DNA from: an uncultured Gammaproteobacteria bacterium
GTDB taxonomy: Bacteria > Patescibacteriota > Patescibacteriia > UBA11705 > JABHMO01
Direction of reading: 5' to 3'
DNA length: 64,000 nucleotides
Assembly: GCA_964486065.1 (NCBI GenBank)
Contig: CAZAKN010000002.1
Span: forward strand, 93,452-157,451
Below the pieces are notes generated by a model. It made no database searches and was not told the origin of the DNA. It saw nothing but the letters and a program-made list of their open reading frames with translations. The first letter of the stretch is position 1; every line of letters starts with the position of its first letter. Positions 29,941 through 41,699 of this stretch are shown here, piece by piece. The position numbers were made by a program, and so were the translations under genes.

Positions 29941-30417
29941 TCACGGATAAGCCTCACAAAAAGTAAGTTTTTTCTTACTTTTTGTTTTGTATTCGTAGCG
30001 ATAATAAAGTAATAACATGATATAAACTCTTTTAGCCTTTTTCAAATCAATGTTTAATCCTTGAGCCAAGGTTGTGGGTGGATCACATTTATGTTGCCAA
30101 GCCACTTTGAGCAACCGCAAAGCGTCTACCAAACAATCTTGCTCATTAACTCCAAAAGGCACCACTTCCGTTTTGAAAAACACCTTTTCACGGTAGTAAT
30201 GCAAAGATCCTGATTGCGCAAATACCAGATGCAAATATCCCTGATGAAATTTCTCTTCTTGATCAATCAATATTTCCAAACACTTTTCTTGAAATTGCCA
30301 AGGCACGATGAAACGAACAAGACCTTTGCCGTAATCTACTCTTTCTTGCTCGCTGAGTTTCATCAAATTATCATTTTTATCGTAATAAATGAACAAATCT
30401 TGAAATTCTTGTCGCAT
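29941..30417 (-). CDS. hypothetical protein (158 aa)
   Basis: ORF divergent from groES; no recognised motif. Confidence 0.4.
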   Translation of the reverse strand: MRQEFQDLFIYYDKNDNLMKLSEQERVDYGKGLVRFIVPWQFQEKCLEILIDQEEKFHQGYLHLVFAQSGSLHYYREKVFFKTEVVPFGVNEQDCLVDALRLLKVAWQHKCDPPTTLAQGLNIDLKKAKRVYIMLLLYYRYEYKTKSKKKLTFCEAYP

Positions 30418-30525
30418 GGCTTTCCTCCATTTAACATAATAATATTAATAACATATTATACCAATTACCACAAACCAAAATAACTTGACGAGGTATTGGC
30501 TTTTGTTATAAGATATTTAATGTAA

Positions 30526-30552
30526 TTAGCACTCGCGACATAAGAGTGCTAA
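30526..30552. promoter_or_regulatory. CIRCE operator (HrcA binding site) in the groESL promoter region
   Basis: ttagcactc-gcgacataa-gagtgctaa, a perfect 9-N9-9 CIRCE consensus; ttgacg -35-like element at 30485. Confidence 0.85.
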
Positions 30553-30628
30553 GTAATGTTTAATAATAATTTAATGATTTTCCGCAGAAACACTTTATTG
30601 TTCCTCGGAATAATCACCTTTTACCAAT

Positions 30629-30916
30629 ATGTTAAAACCTCTTCATGATCATGTAGTGGTAAAACCTTTAACAGAAGATGAAAAAACATCTTCAGGAATC
30701 ATTCTGCCGGATACGGCTTCAAAAGAAAAACCGGAAAAAGGAGAAGTTATCGCCGTGGGTGAAGGTAAGTTGATGGACAACGGACAACGCTCCCCCATGT
30801 CCGTCAAAAAGGGAGATAAAGTTATCTTTACCAAATATTCACCCAATGAAATAAAGATTGAAGATCAAGAATATTTGGTCTTAAGTGAATCAGATATTTT
30901 AGCGGTTATTGAATAA
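30629..30916 (+). CDS. groES: co-chaperonin GroES
   Basis: MLKPLHDHVVVKP..SGIILPDTA..GEVIAVGEG. Confidence 0.95.
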   Translation: MLKPLHDHVVVKPLTEDEKTSSGIILPDTASKEKPEKGEVIAVGEGKLMDNGQRSPMSVKKGDKVIFTKYSPNEIKIEDQEYLVLSESDILAVIE

Positions 30917-30941
30917 TTGAACTCAAAATAATTAATTGTAA

Positions 30942-32600
<1,659 letters not shown>

Positions 32601-32614
32601 TATCAATACGCATA

Positions 32615-32648
32615 TAAAAAAGAGGCGGATTTTTTCCGCCTCTTTTAT
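32615..32648. terminator. bidirectional intrinsic terminator after groEL
   Basis: aaaaaagaggcgga-ttttttc-cgcctctttt. Confidence 0.8.
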
Positions 32649-33196
32649 TGTTCTTTTTTTAACATCTGATACATGGCGTGATAAATTAAAAATGTTTGAA
32701 TTTCCTGTAAAGCCTTGGTGAAACACAAACGGATTCGCTCCGCTTCCGATAAATAACGCAATTCATATTTGGAATAAATATCATCCATTTTGTGCACTAT
32801 TTCGTATAGCACCTCCTTATTAACCCGATCAACTTGCCTTTGGCTTTGAGAAAGTAATTCTATTCCACGAGCATCTATTTTAAATTTTTCTATAAACTGA
32901 AAATCAATTGATTCTTGTATTTCTTTTTCAGCTTCAGCGAAATATTTTTCCAATTTATACAATGCCAAGATCTTTCTTTCCAATAACTTTGCTTCTATTC
33001 GCAAATGGAAATTTTTATCCTGACTATAGGTCTCCAAAATTGCCACATCATCCAAACGACAATACGCCAATAATTGCCAACGCATAAACCATCTGCTGAT
33101 GATAGTCCCCAAGTTCACGACAAGGAACAAAACGAGAATCAGTGTAATAAATTCGCCTATTATTTTTTCCACCAGTATCTCCCTGTTAAAGAACAT
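32645..33196 (-). CDS. hypothetical membrane-anchored protein
   Basis: N-terminal TM (FITLILVLFLVVNLGTII); remainder predicted helical/coiled; no family recognised. Confidence 0.4.
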   Translation of the reverse strand: MFFNREILVEKIIGEFITLILVLFLVVNLGTIISRWFMRWQLLAYCRLDDVAILETYSQDKNFHLRIEAKLLERKILALYKLEKYFAEAEKEIQESIDFQFIEKFKIDARGIELLSQSQRQVDRVNKEVLYEIVHKMDDIYSKYELRYLSEAERIRLCFTKALQEIQTFLIYHAMYQMLKKEQ

Positions 33197-33313
33197 TTAA
33201 ACTAATGAAACTTCAGTTTCTCATCAATCGTCTTAAGTTATAACTCTTGCATCTTATTAAAGATCAATTGTCATGTCAATTAAAAAAGAAGCCGGCTTTC
33301 CGGCTTCTTGTCT

Positions 33314-33937
33314 TTAATTAATCATTTCATATCCACCATATAAAATAAAGGTACAAACAAATGGAACTGAGAAATTATCATATTCACCGGAAAACAATTC
33401 CATAAACGCTCCGATTCCCGCCGTAAACACGATCAAGATCGGTGAAATTATGCCTCCTGTCGCAACGGAAAAAACAAGCGCGGAAATACTTGCTGTTACA
33501 AAAAAAGCCAGTGTTCCATTTCTTGTTTTTTCTTTATACCACTTGGGACTGATCGTTGCTTTACCCACGATTCTGGCCATCGGATCTCCGAAAGCAAGGA
33601 AAATTGAAGCGACAACGCCGATTTCACGAGGAAAATCAGTCATTAATTGTAAAACAATGATTACCATTCCCGCGACAGCATAATAGCTGGAATTACTTAA
33701 CTTCTTCTGCTCACTGACGCGGATAAACTCATTCATCCAATTCGGCAGAATGTACTTATTAACAAAAGTAACTTCCTGACTACGCAAGTAATCAAGAGAC
33801 ACAAAGGTGATTCCGATCAACAGCAAAATCAAAGAACCAAATCTATTAGCGGAATAAAAGAGCAAAGCAACCGCCAATACCGAAAGGCAATGCCAAACTG
33901 CCCTGTTTATTTCATACACTTTTTGATGTAGTGGCAT
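33314..33937 (-). CDS. polytopic membrane protein, polyprenol/dolichol kinase-like (CTP-transferase family)
   Basis: About 6 TM; ..AFGDPMARIVGKA.. resembles the dolichol kinase motif. Confidence 0.4.
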   Translation of the reverse strand: MPLHQKVYEINRAVWHCLSVLAVALLFYSANRFGSLILLLIGITFVSLDYLRSQEVTFVNKYILPNWMNEFIRVSEQKKLSNSSYYAVAGMVIIVLQLMTDFPREIGVVASIFLAFGDPMARIVGKATISPKWYKEKTRNGTLAFFVTASISALVFSVATGGIISPILIVFTAGIGAFMELFSGEYDNFSVPFVCTFILYGGYEMIN

Positions 33938-33995
33938 TATAGCCTCCTTCTTGTTAAAGAGGGAACTTCGGTAACACTAATTCTGAAATGATACT

Positions 33996-35084
33996 TTAAA
34001 CATTAAATTTAAAATTACAAACATCTCCGTCTTGCATAATATAATTTTTACCTTCTATACGAATCAAACCTTTTTCTTTAGCCGTAACTTCACTACCGGC
34101 AATCAATAGATCTTGCCAATTTATCACATCCACGGCAATAAATCCTTTTTCAAAATCGCCATGTATTCGGCCCGCCGCCTGAGGCGCTTTTGTCCCCAGC
34201 TCAATAGTCCAAGCACGACTTTCTTTCGGTCCGGTGGTTAAAAAACTGATTAAATTCAATAATTTATATGATTCACTGATAATCCTGTCCAAACCGGTTC
34301 TGGTGATTTGCAGTTCATTTAAATACTCCTCTACCTCTTTTTTTGACAATTCCGCGAACTCAGCTTCCAATTTCGCGCATACGGGAATAATTATTTCATC
34401 TTTCAGGGAGGGTAAATTAATCGGCTCGGAAATTTTGTTTTCATCAACATTCAAAATGTAAATCATCGGTTTCAAGGTCAGTAAGTTCAAATACGCCAAA
34501 GATTTTTTTTCTTCATCAGACAACTCCACTTTTCGCAAAACCTCACCTTGTTCCAAGTTCGGCATGATTTTTTTTTCTAAAAGTTCTATCGTTTTTTGTA
34601 AATTATCCAACTCTTTACCTTTTAATCCTTTGATTTTTTTTTGCAATTTTTCCAAATGCGCGGAAACACTTTCCAAATCAGCCAAAGCCAATTCCGTATT
34701 TATAACTTCCATGTCATGTGCGGGATCAATTTTACCATCCACATGAGTAATATCTCCATTGTGAAAATTACGCAAAACCTGAACAATCGCGTCCACTTCG
34801 CGAATATGTGACAAAAATTTATTACCCAAACCTTCGCCACGGCTAGCGCCTTTGACCAGACCGGCAATGTCCACGAATTCAATAGTTGTAAAAATCATTT
34901 TTTCGGATCGTGACATTTGCGCCAATTTTTCCAATCGTTCATCCGGAACTTCCACTATTCCTTTGTTCGGCTCAATCGTGCAAAAAGGATAATTGGCAAT
35001 ATCAATCTGTTTTTTGGTTAGTGCTTTGAATAATGTTGACTTACCGACATTGGGTAATCCCACTATCCCCATGGAAAATGACAT
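33996..35084 (-). CDS. ychF: ribosome-binding ATPase YchF (Obg-family GTPase)
   Basis: GIVGLPNVGKSTLF, ..DIAGLVKGAS.GEGLGNKFL.., C-terminal TGS domain. Confidence 0.9.
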   Translation of the reverse strand: MSFSMGIVGLPNVGKSTLFKALTKKQIDIANYPFCTIEPNKGIVEVPDERLEKLAQMSRSEKMIFTTIEFVDIAGLVKGASRGEGLGNKFLSHIREVDAIVQVLRNFHNGDITHVDGKIDPAHDMEVINTELALADLESVSAHLEKLQKKIKGLKGKELDNLQKTIELLEKKIMPNLEQGEVLRKVELSDEEKKSLAYLNLLTLKPMIYILNVDENKISEPINLPSLKDEIIIPVCAKLEAEFAELSKKEVEEYLNELQITRTGLDRIISESYKLLNLISFLTTGPKESRAWTIELGTKAPQAAGRIHGDFEKGFIAVDVINWQDLLIAGSEVTAKEKGLIRIEGKNYIMQDGDVCNFKFNV

Positions 35085-35135
35085 ATGAAGATAAAAGCGA
35101 GGTAAAACCCCGCTTTTTTAAAATTATTATTAAAT

Positions 35136-36107
35136 CTATTCAGTCGCGGGTTGGTCTTCCGGAACGGATTCAGGTTCTCCTGCCGGAGCGGTCTCACATT
35201 CTTCTCCTTCGGGACAATCTTCCGACTGAGGTTCGCTTACCGCGGGATCAAGCTTTTGAACCGTGGCAAAAGTAGCGACCATTTCTTCAAATTCTTTACG
35301 ATATTTAAAATAATTATCCAAAGTTTTATCTGATATATTAAAGCTGGCGCGATAAATATTATCAGCCGTAAATATCAAAACAGTGGGAATTTCTTTATTG
35401 TCTTTGTCCAAATTAATGAAGTATAACATTTTCCCATCCGGAAAATCATAAGAATCAATCACATTTAATTCTTTTTGAAAAATGTTATATTTTTCATCCA
35501 CCGATAAAGTCGCGAAATCCGTATAATCAACCATGAACGAAACCGCTTCCGCGTATTTCTCGGCATTAATTGGTTGCAAAATCAATTTCTCCGCGGTTTT
35601 GTCCGCTTCCGCGTCTTCAGGTAAAGGAACTATTTGCCAATCACTAGGATAACTGACAATGTAACTCCATTCATTCTCATCAAACACCTGCCAGCCACTG
35701 GCGTCAACATTGCGCGGAAGACTACGGTTTTTATCAAAAATATCAATCACCGCTTCTTTATTGGACATGTTGGATTTTTCCAAATCTATAGCTCGCTCTT
35801 TTAAAGTGGCTAATTCTTTTTGCAAAGAATCAATTTGGTCTTCCATCTCCTGACTGACCACTTCACTGCCTGTACGCAATTCCGTGATTTTGTCTTTGGC
35901 ATAACCGAACACCAAACCGATTATCCCCAAAATAACTACCACGGCAATAACCAAATTGAACAAGTGATTTTCTCCTTTTTTAGCTTGTTCCAATTTTTCA
36001 TTCATTACCTTTTCTTTTTTAGTGGCGCCAGATTTTTTCCGACCGGTTTTGGTTTTCGGCTTTTTAGCCTCGGCTTTTACCTCATCTTTTTGTTTTTTTT
36101 CAGCCAT
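35136..36107 (-). CDS. hypothetical membrane-anchored protein with basic N-terminus, coiled coil and extracytoplasmic domain
   Basis: K-rich N-terminus, TM (LFNLVIAVVVILGIIGLVFG), acidic C-terminus; no family recognised. Confidence 0.45.
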   Translation of the reverse strand: MAEKKQKDEVKAEAKKPKTKTGRKKSGATKKEKVMNEKLEQAKKGENHLFNLVIAVVVILGIIGLVFGYAKDKITELRTGSEVVSQEMEDQIDSLQKELATLKERAIDLEKSNMSNKEAVIDIFDKNRSLPRNVDASGWQVFDENEWSYIVSYPSDWQIVPLPEDAEADKTAEKLILQPINAEKYAEAVSFMVDYTDFATLSVDEKYNIFQKELNVIDSYDFPDGKMLYFINLDKDNKEIPTVLIFTADNIYRASFNISDKTLDNYFKYRKEFEEMVATFATVQKLDPAVSEPQSEDCPEGEECETAPAGEPESVPEDQPATE

Positions 36108-36284
36108 ATTATTTTTGCAAATATTATGCTTTAAAGGTTATTATTCAAAAATATTTTATCATGAAACAAAGACGCGGACAAGCTTTGACAAAATTGGCTT
36201 ATCTGGCTTTATCATGATAAAACCAAATTGCAAAAAGACCGGAAAAAGGCTATTATATAAATATAAAACACATAAAAAAACAAT

Positions 36285-38063
36285 ATGGATTCAATTGAAG
36301 ATTTATTATCCTCGAAAAGTAAAGCCAAATTGGGCGGTCAAACTTCTGACGATCAAACCGATGATACGCAAGATGATAAAAAACAGTCTCCCGAAGAAAA
36401 AACACCAGTTGCGGAAACCTCCGGAGATCAAGCTTTGGCTGAAAAAATGAAACAAATGAAAATAATGGAAAATGAAAATCAAGTTAAAGCCGAAGCGGAG
36501 GGAAACAATATGCCTTACATTGATTTGACTGAATTTCCGATCAGTCAAGAAGCTTTGCAATTGGTACCATTGAATGTTTCTCAAGATCGCGAAGTCGTTT
36601 CTTTTATCAGCACGGGTGAACAAATCCGACTGGGAGTAACCGATCCACACAATCCACATTTGGAAAAAATAACTCATACTTTAGAAGAATCTCACCATGC
36701 CAAAGTTGAAGCTTATTTGATTTCACAACGCAGTCTAAAAAAGGCTTTAGAAATATATGACAAAATTCCAAAGTATAAAAAACCGGCCCGAGGCGTGGAA
36801 ATTTCCGAAGAAGAATTGGAAAAGTTTAAAACAATCGCCAAAGATTTTGACGCATTGAACGAACAAGTTAAAAAAGTGAATATGACGGAAATGGTAAGTT
36901 TGATCATTGCAGCGGCGTTACAAGCCGGATCTTCCGATATTCACATTGAAGCGGAAGAAAAAGATGTGAAGGTTCGTTTGCGCGTGGACGGCATACTTCA
37001 CGAAGCCGCGTCCATGGATAAAAAAATATGGCCCAAGGTTATTTCCAGAATCAAACTTTTATCAGGTTTAAAAATGAATATTGACAAACAACCGCAAGAT
37101 GGTCGTTTTGCCATCAATACAGCAAAAGAAAAAATTGATGTTCGTGTTTCCACTTTACCGACCACTTGGGGAGAATCCGTGGTAATGAGGTTATTAAAAT
37201 CATCTTCAATCGGTTTGGAATTTGAACAATTGGGAATTACCGGCAAAGCTTATGAAGATTTAAAGACGCAAGTGGAACGACCGAACGGCATGATTATCAC
37301 CACGGGTCCGACCGGCTCCGGTAAAACCACCACCTTATACGCGATTTTGAACAAGTTGAACGAAGAAGGCACTAAAATTATCACCTTGGAAGATCCCGTG
37401 GAATACAAACTGCAGGGTATTAACCAAAGTCAAATTGATCATTCCAAAGGATACTCTTTCGCTGATGGATTAAAATCAATTTTACGCCAAGATCCCGATG
37501 TTGTGATGGTCGGTGAGTTGCGAGATCTGGAAACCGCGGATGTGGCCATTAACGCCGCTTTAACCGGACATATGGTAATTTCAACCATTCATACCAATAG
37601 TGCCGCAGGCGCCATTCCTCGCTTTTTAGCCATGGGCGTAAAGCCTTTTCTGTTGGCTCCGGCCTTGAACGCGATTATGGGGCAAAGACTTTGTAGGCGC
37701 GTTTGCCAAGAATGTAAACAAGAAACCGAACTGGATGAAAAAACATTAACTCGCGTCAAAGATCTTTTAAACGCCATTCCCGACGATCATCCCGATAAAC
37801 CTAAAATAGAGAATTTGAAATTTTATAAAGGTGGTGGCTGTGAGGCTTGCAACGGCATCGGCTACAAAGGTCGCGTGGGTATTTACGAAATCATGAGCAT
37901 GACACCGGAATTGGAAAAAATAATTTTAAGTGGTAAAGTTTCCGAATATGAAATGCAGGATTATGCCGTAAAAAACGGGATGTTAACCATGTCTCAAGAC
38001 GGAATCATTAAAGCTCTTCAAGGCATAACCAGCGTGGAAGAAGTATTCCGAGTAAGTGAATAA
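36285..38063 (+). CDS. pilB: type IV pilus assembly ATPase PilB (GspE family)
   Basis: GSPII_E N-domain, Walker A GPTGSGKTTT, Walker B/His box (..VMVGELRDLETA..ALTGHMVISTIHTNSA..), tetracysteine motif CRRVCQEC..GGGCEAC. Confidence 0.85.
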   Translation: MDSIEDLLSSKSKAKLGGQTSDDQTDDTQDDKKQSPEEKTPVAETSGDQALAEKMKQMKIMENENQVKAEAEGNNMPYIDLTEFPISQEALQLVPLNVSQDREVVSFISTGEQIRLGVTDPHNPHLEKITHTLEESHHAKVEAYLISQRSLKKALEIYDKIPKYKKPARGVEISEEELEKFKTIAKDFDALNEQVKKVNMTEMVSLIIAAALQAGSSDIHIEAEEKDVKVRLRVDGILHEAASMDKKIWPKVISRIKLLSGLKMNIDKQPQDGRFAINTAKEKIDVRVSTLPTTWGESVVMRLLKSSSIGLEFEQLGITGKAYEDLKTQVERPNGMIITTGPTGSGKTTTLYAILNKLNEEGTKIITLEDPVEYKLQGINQSQIDHSKGYSFADGLKSILRQDPDVVMVGELRDLETADVAINAALTGHMVISTIHTNSAAGAIPRFLAMGVKPFLLAPALNAIMGQRLCRRVCQECKQETELDEKTLTRVKDLLNAIPDDHPDKPKIENLKFYKGGGCEACNGIGYKGRVGIYEIMSMTPELEKIILSGKVSEYEMQDYAVKNGMLTMSQDGIIKALQGITSVEEVFRVSE

Positions 38064-38436
38064 ATAAACGATTCCAATAATATGAAAAATGAAAAAAACC
38101 TGAAAATTATTTTATCGGAATCGGTATTATATTAGGTATTCCCTTGGGAATTATTTTCAGCACATCTTTGAAAAATCCCTCATTTTTCGGTATCGGCTTA
38201 ACTATAGGATTTATTATCGGTTTAGCTTTGGAAAAAAATATATAAAACAAGGAAAAATCCGTCCACTTACCGAAAAAGAGTTCAACCGAATTTCTCTGAT
38301 CCTTTAATTTTTTTAGGATTTATTTTTTCCATAATCGGTTTAACAAGTACCGTAACGGAAACCGCCAATATAGGTATATGGTCACTGGGTATTGTTTTTT
38401 TCTTATCCGGCATATTCAAAAAATAAATAATTTTAA

Positions 38437-38470
38437 TATTAAAAAATCGTTCGGTAGTCCGAACGATTTT
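38437..38470. terminator. hairpin terminator
   Basis: aaaaaatcgttcgg-tagt-ccgaacgattttt. Confidence 0.6.
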
Positions 38471-38488
38471 TGTTTTGTTCACTTCAAG

Positions 38489-38764
38489 TCAAGCAGGGAA
38501 AGTTCTCCTTCGCCTAAACATTAAGTTTCCACTTAAAATTAAGCAGAGCGTGCCCCAAGCTCCAGAAATAATCCCGGCTGTTAACGGAGCTCCCGCTTTT
38601 ACGATGATAAGCGGAAAAACGAACAAAAGTGGGAAAAAAAATCCGGCACATACAATTGAAATCGCCAGCCAAAAACCAAACACTTTCCCCCACCAATAAC
38701 CAGTAATTTGGCAAAAATCTTTGGCGCCATCTCTTTGCGATGCCAAAAAGAAAAAACTTAACAA
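38489..38764 (-). CDS. hypothetical small membrane protein
   Basis: 91 aa, two hydrophobic segments, Trp/Gly-rich; ends next to the hairpin at 38437. Confidence 0.3.
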   Translation of the reverse strand: MLSFFFLASQRDGAKDFCQITGYWWGKVFGFWLAISIVCAGFFFPLLFVFPLIIVKAGAPLTAGIISGAWGTLCLILSGNLMFRRRRTFPA

Positions 38765-39038
38765 TCACGTAGTCCACATAATATAGCCCAAGTACAACAC
38801 TTTCCACAATTCAAAAGGTTCTTGATAATACAAACTATGCATGTTTTCCTCCTTTGGAATTTCAACCATTCAACGACTCAATTTAACAATTCCAATGTAT
38901 TCTGTCAAACATATGTAGCTAAAATTCTTTGGCAACATCTCTTTGTAATGACGTGGTATTTGACAAAAAAATAATAAAAAGGTAATCTAATAAATCAAAT
39001 TAACTGTTCTTCCAATTGCTGATGAAAGGCTTATCTGA

Positions 39039-39224
39039 ATGTCTCACACAGTAATTCCTCACCAAGAAATCATTAACCGAATAGCGGAAAAAAGACGGCA
39101 AGCTTTCATTCGTGAACAAAAAAAATCCGACAAAGAAATATGGCTTGTGCCTGCCGGATTGACCATACAAGTTCAAATAAAAATAATGAAAAGATTTCTC
39201 AAAGAAGAAAACGAAGATCATTAG
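39039..39224 (+). CDS. hypothetical small basic protein (61 aa)
   Basis: Weak SD (gaaagg); a plus-strand terminator follows immediately. Confidence 0.3.
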   Translation: MSHTVIPHQEIINRIAEKRRQAFIREQKKSDKEIWLVPAGLTIQVQIKIMKRFLKEENEDH

Positions 39225-39250
39225 GGAGTAGCACGCTACTCCCCTTTTTT
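39224..39250 (+). terminator. intrinsic terminator
   Basis: gggagtag-cacg-ctactccc + ctttttt. Confidence 0.7.
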
Positions 39251-40075
39251 ATTCAAATAATCAATTATTTCGGAATATTTATTTATAATATCTTTGAAAT
39301 TATCCGCTTTATACTTATCCTCATATCTTAAAAATATTTTTGTTAAATCAAGATAAAGCTTTAATTGCATTTTAATATTCTGAAATATTTCCTTCCTTAA
39401 TTCATCCATTATTTCTTGATCTCTCTCATTTAATTTATGTCCTTTGAGGATCAAATCCTTAAAGTTTTCAGCTTGATGGGGCAACATTTGTAAAATAATA
39501 CTAGGCATTCTTTTTCTTCCTTTATCTTCTATTTTATCATCATTGATAAAATATTTTACTTCATTCAATCTACCCTCTTCAATATTATTTTTAATTTTCA
39601 TTTCCTTTTTTTCCAGAATTTTACGATCAGGCGATATTGTTGCGTCAACCGCTAAATACAAGTAATCATCTTCTCCTTTTTCGTTTTCTTTACGAAAACT
39701 TAAAACAAAATCCACACCATTGAACAAATCATCATAATTACTTCCCGGACAAACGGAAACATCTCCGTCCAACCAATTTCTTTCATGAAAGGCTTCCATT
39801 AAACAATATTCAAAATCTTCCGATAATTGCTCATAAACTATCTTATTGAAACGAGATTCCGTTGCCAAACCGCCAATTTTTCCCAATACCATTTTGTTAT
39901 CTTCTCTTAATTCCTGTTTCGTATAAACCGATTTTCCGTTAGTGTCTTGCAAATCTTCAAATTCATCAATTTGAGGACGCAAGGATTGCCAGTCTTTTAC
40001 CAGTTTTTCAAAATCAATCCGTTTTGGCGCAATTTCTTTTTCTTCTCTTATTGCAAAATTTACATTTTTTTCCAT
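39236..40075 (-). CDS. hypothetical protein (279 aa, K/E/D-rich)
   Basis: Long ORF upstream of tsaE on the same strand; no recognised motif. Confidence 0.45.
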   Translation of the reverse strand: MEKNVNFAIREEKEIAPKRIDFEKLVKDWQSLRPQIDEFEDLQDTNGKSVYTKQELREDNKMVLGKIGGLATESRFNKIVYEQLSEDFEYCLMEAFHERNWLDGDVSVCPGSNYDDLFNGVDFVLSFRKENEKGEDDYLYLAVDATISPDRKILEKKEMKIKNNIEEGRLNEVKYFINDDKIEDKGRKRMPSIILQMLPHQAENFKDLILKGHKLNERDQEIMDELRKEIFQNIKMQLKLYLDLTKIFLRYEDKYKADNFKDIINKYSEIIDYLNKKGE

Positions 40076-40081
40076 AGGTTA

Positions 40082-40504
40082 TTAGTATTTTATTTCTCTT
40101 TTATTGAAATCCAAATTTTTAATTATAATTTTTTTAAATTTAATACTATTCTTTTTTAAATATTTTTCCAACCCTTCTCCCCATTCCACGAAACAAACCG
40201 TGGCCGTTCGCCCAAAATATTCCAAAGCTCCAATCTCTTGCAAATCCGTCAAATCCGCGCCACGATATGTGTCTATGTGCACCAAAGTTTTGATTTTACA
40301 TTTCTCGCATTCATATGCTTTCATCAATGTGAAAGTCGGACTGGTGATGCGATTTTTATATTTCAAGCCGATCGCAACGCCTTTAACAAAAACAGTTTTA
40401 CCGGCTCCCAAATCTCCAATCAATAAACAAACTTCCCCACCTCGCAAAGATTTGGCGAATTTTTCCGCGATTTCAATTGTTTGTTTTTCGCTTGAAGAAA
40501 TCAT
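40082..40504 (-). CDS. tsaE: tRNA t6A37 biosynthesis protein TsaE
   Basis: ..LLIGDLGAGKTVFVKG.. P-loop; 140 aa. Confidence 0.85.
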   Translation of the reverse strand: MISSSEKQTIEIAEKFAKSLRGGEVCLLIGDLGAGKTVFVKGVAIGLKYKNRITSPTFTLMKAYECEKCKIKTLVHIDTYRGADLTDLQEIGALEYFGRTATVCFVEWGEGLEKYLKKNSIKFKKIIIKNLDFNKREIKY

Positions 40505-40505
40505 A

Positions 40506-41549
40506 TTACACCAACTCCCAATTTGGATCGGCTTTTAATTTAAAAGGTGAAATAAATTTTTTATTTCGCGCGTGATAATACGCGGCTTTAGCTATCATTA
40601 CGGCATTATCCCCGGTTAATTCAATGGCCGGTAAATGCAGCTTTCCTTGATAATTCATGGCTTGCAATTTATCTGTAATATTTTTACGCAAATCAAGGTT
40701 GGCACTTACCCCTCCACCCAAAATTACGCTTTTCGCTTGGAATTTTTCCATGGCCTTTATTGTTTTCAATGTTAAAACATCCACCACCGCATTTTGGAAT
40801 TCCCGAGCTACTTCGCTTTTTTTTATATACAAAGATTTTCCGCGATATTCTTTTTGTAGATCACGCCATAAATACAAAACCGCGGTTTTTAAACCGGAAA
40901 AACTCATGTCAAAACTATTCGCGTTCAACATGGGACGAGGTAATTCCACCGTTACTTCCTCATCAAGTAATTTGTCCGCTTCGCGGAATATCGCAGGCCC
41001 CCCCGGATAACCGAGCTTTAATATCTTGGCCACTTTATCAAATGCTTCGCCGGCAGCGTCATCACGAGTTTGACCGATTAATTCATATTGTCCGGTTTTT
41101 TTAATTAAAATAATCTGCGAATGTCCACCTGAAACAATCAAACCAATCGCCGGTAATTCTTTTGGCTTGATCGTTTCATCAAAACCCGCCAATAAATGTC
41201 CTTCAATATGATTAACCGCGATTAATTTTTTATTGAAAGCATAAGCTAAAGTTTTGGCAGTTTCCACTCCCGCCATAAGCGAGCTGATCAGACCAGGGCC
41301 GGAACAGACAGCTAAATAATTAACTTTTAACATTTTAACCTTTGCCTTGTTTAACGCGAAATCAATCACCGGCAAAATATCGCGAATATGCATGCGCGCT
41401 GCCACTTCCGGCACCACTCCACCATACTTGGCATGAGTTTTCATTTGAGAAGAAATAACATTGGATAAAACCGAAAACCGACCACGCTTAACCTCCACCA
41501 CCGAAGCCGCGGTTTCATCACATGATGATTCTATGCCAAGGATTATCAT
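40506..41549 (-). CDS. tsaD: tRNA N6-adenosine threonylcarbamoyltransferase TsaD (Kae1/YgjD)
   Basis: MIILGIESSCDETAASVV.., ..VNHIEGHL.., ..GGVSAN.. Confidence 0.9.
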   Translation of the reverse strand: MIILGIESSCDETAASVVEVKRGRFSVLSNVISSQMKTHAKYGGVVPEVAARMHIRDILPVIDFALNKAKVKMLKVNYLAVCSGPGLISSLMAGVETAKTLAYAFNKKLIAVNHIEGHLLAGFDETIKPKELPAIGLIVSGGHSQIILIKKTGQYELIGQTRDDAAGEAFDKVAKILKLGYPGGPAIFREADKLLDEEVTVELPRPMLNANSFDMSFSGLKTAVLYLWRDLQKEYRGKSLYIKKSEVAREFQNAVVDVLTLKTIKAMEKFQAKSVILGGGVSANLDLRKNITDKLQAMNYQGKLHLPAIELTGDNAVMIAKAAYYHARNKKFISPFKLKADPNWELV

Positions 41550-41643
41550 ATTTTAAAAATTTCATTACTATTTTCTCATGTTAAGTGATTTTTGTAAATC
41601 CAAAGAAATCTTTGTCTTTAATAATAAAAAGATTTTTGTATTA

Positions 41644-41672
41644 AAAAAACCCGTCACCTTGTGGTGACGGGA
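41644..41672 (-). terminator. intrinsic terminator (minus strand) after the REC-like gene
   Basis: Minus strand reads cccgtcacc-acaag-gtgacggg-ttttttt. Confidence 0.75.
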
Positions 41673-41699
41673 GCAATGCGCTTTCCCAATGGGAAAACA

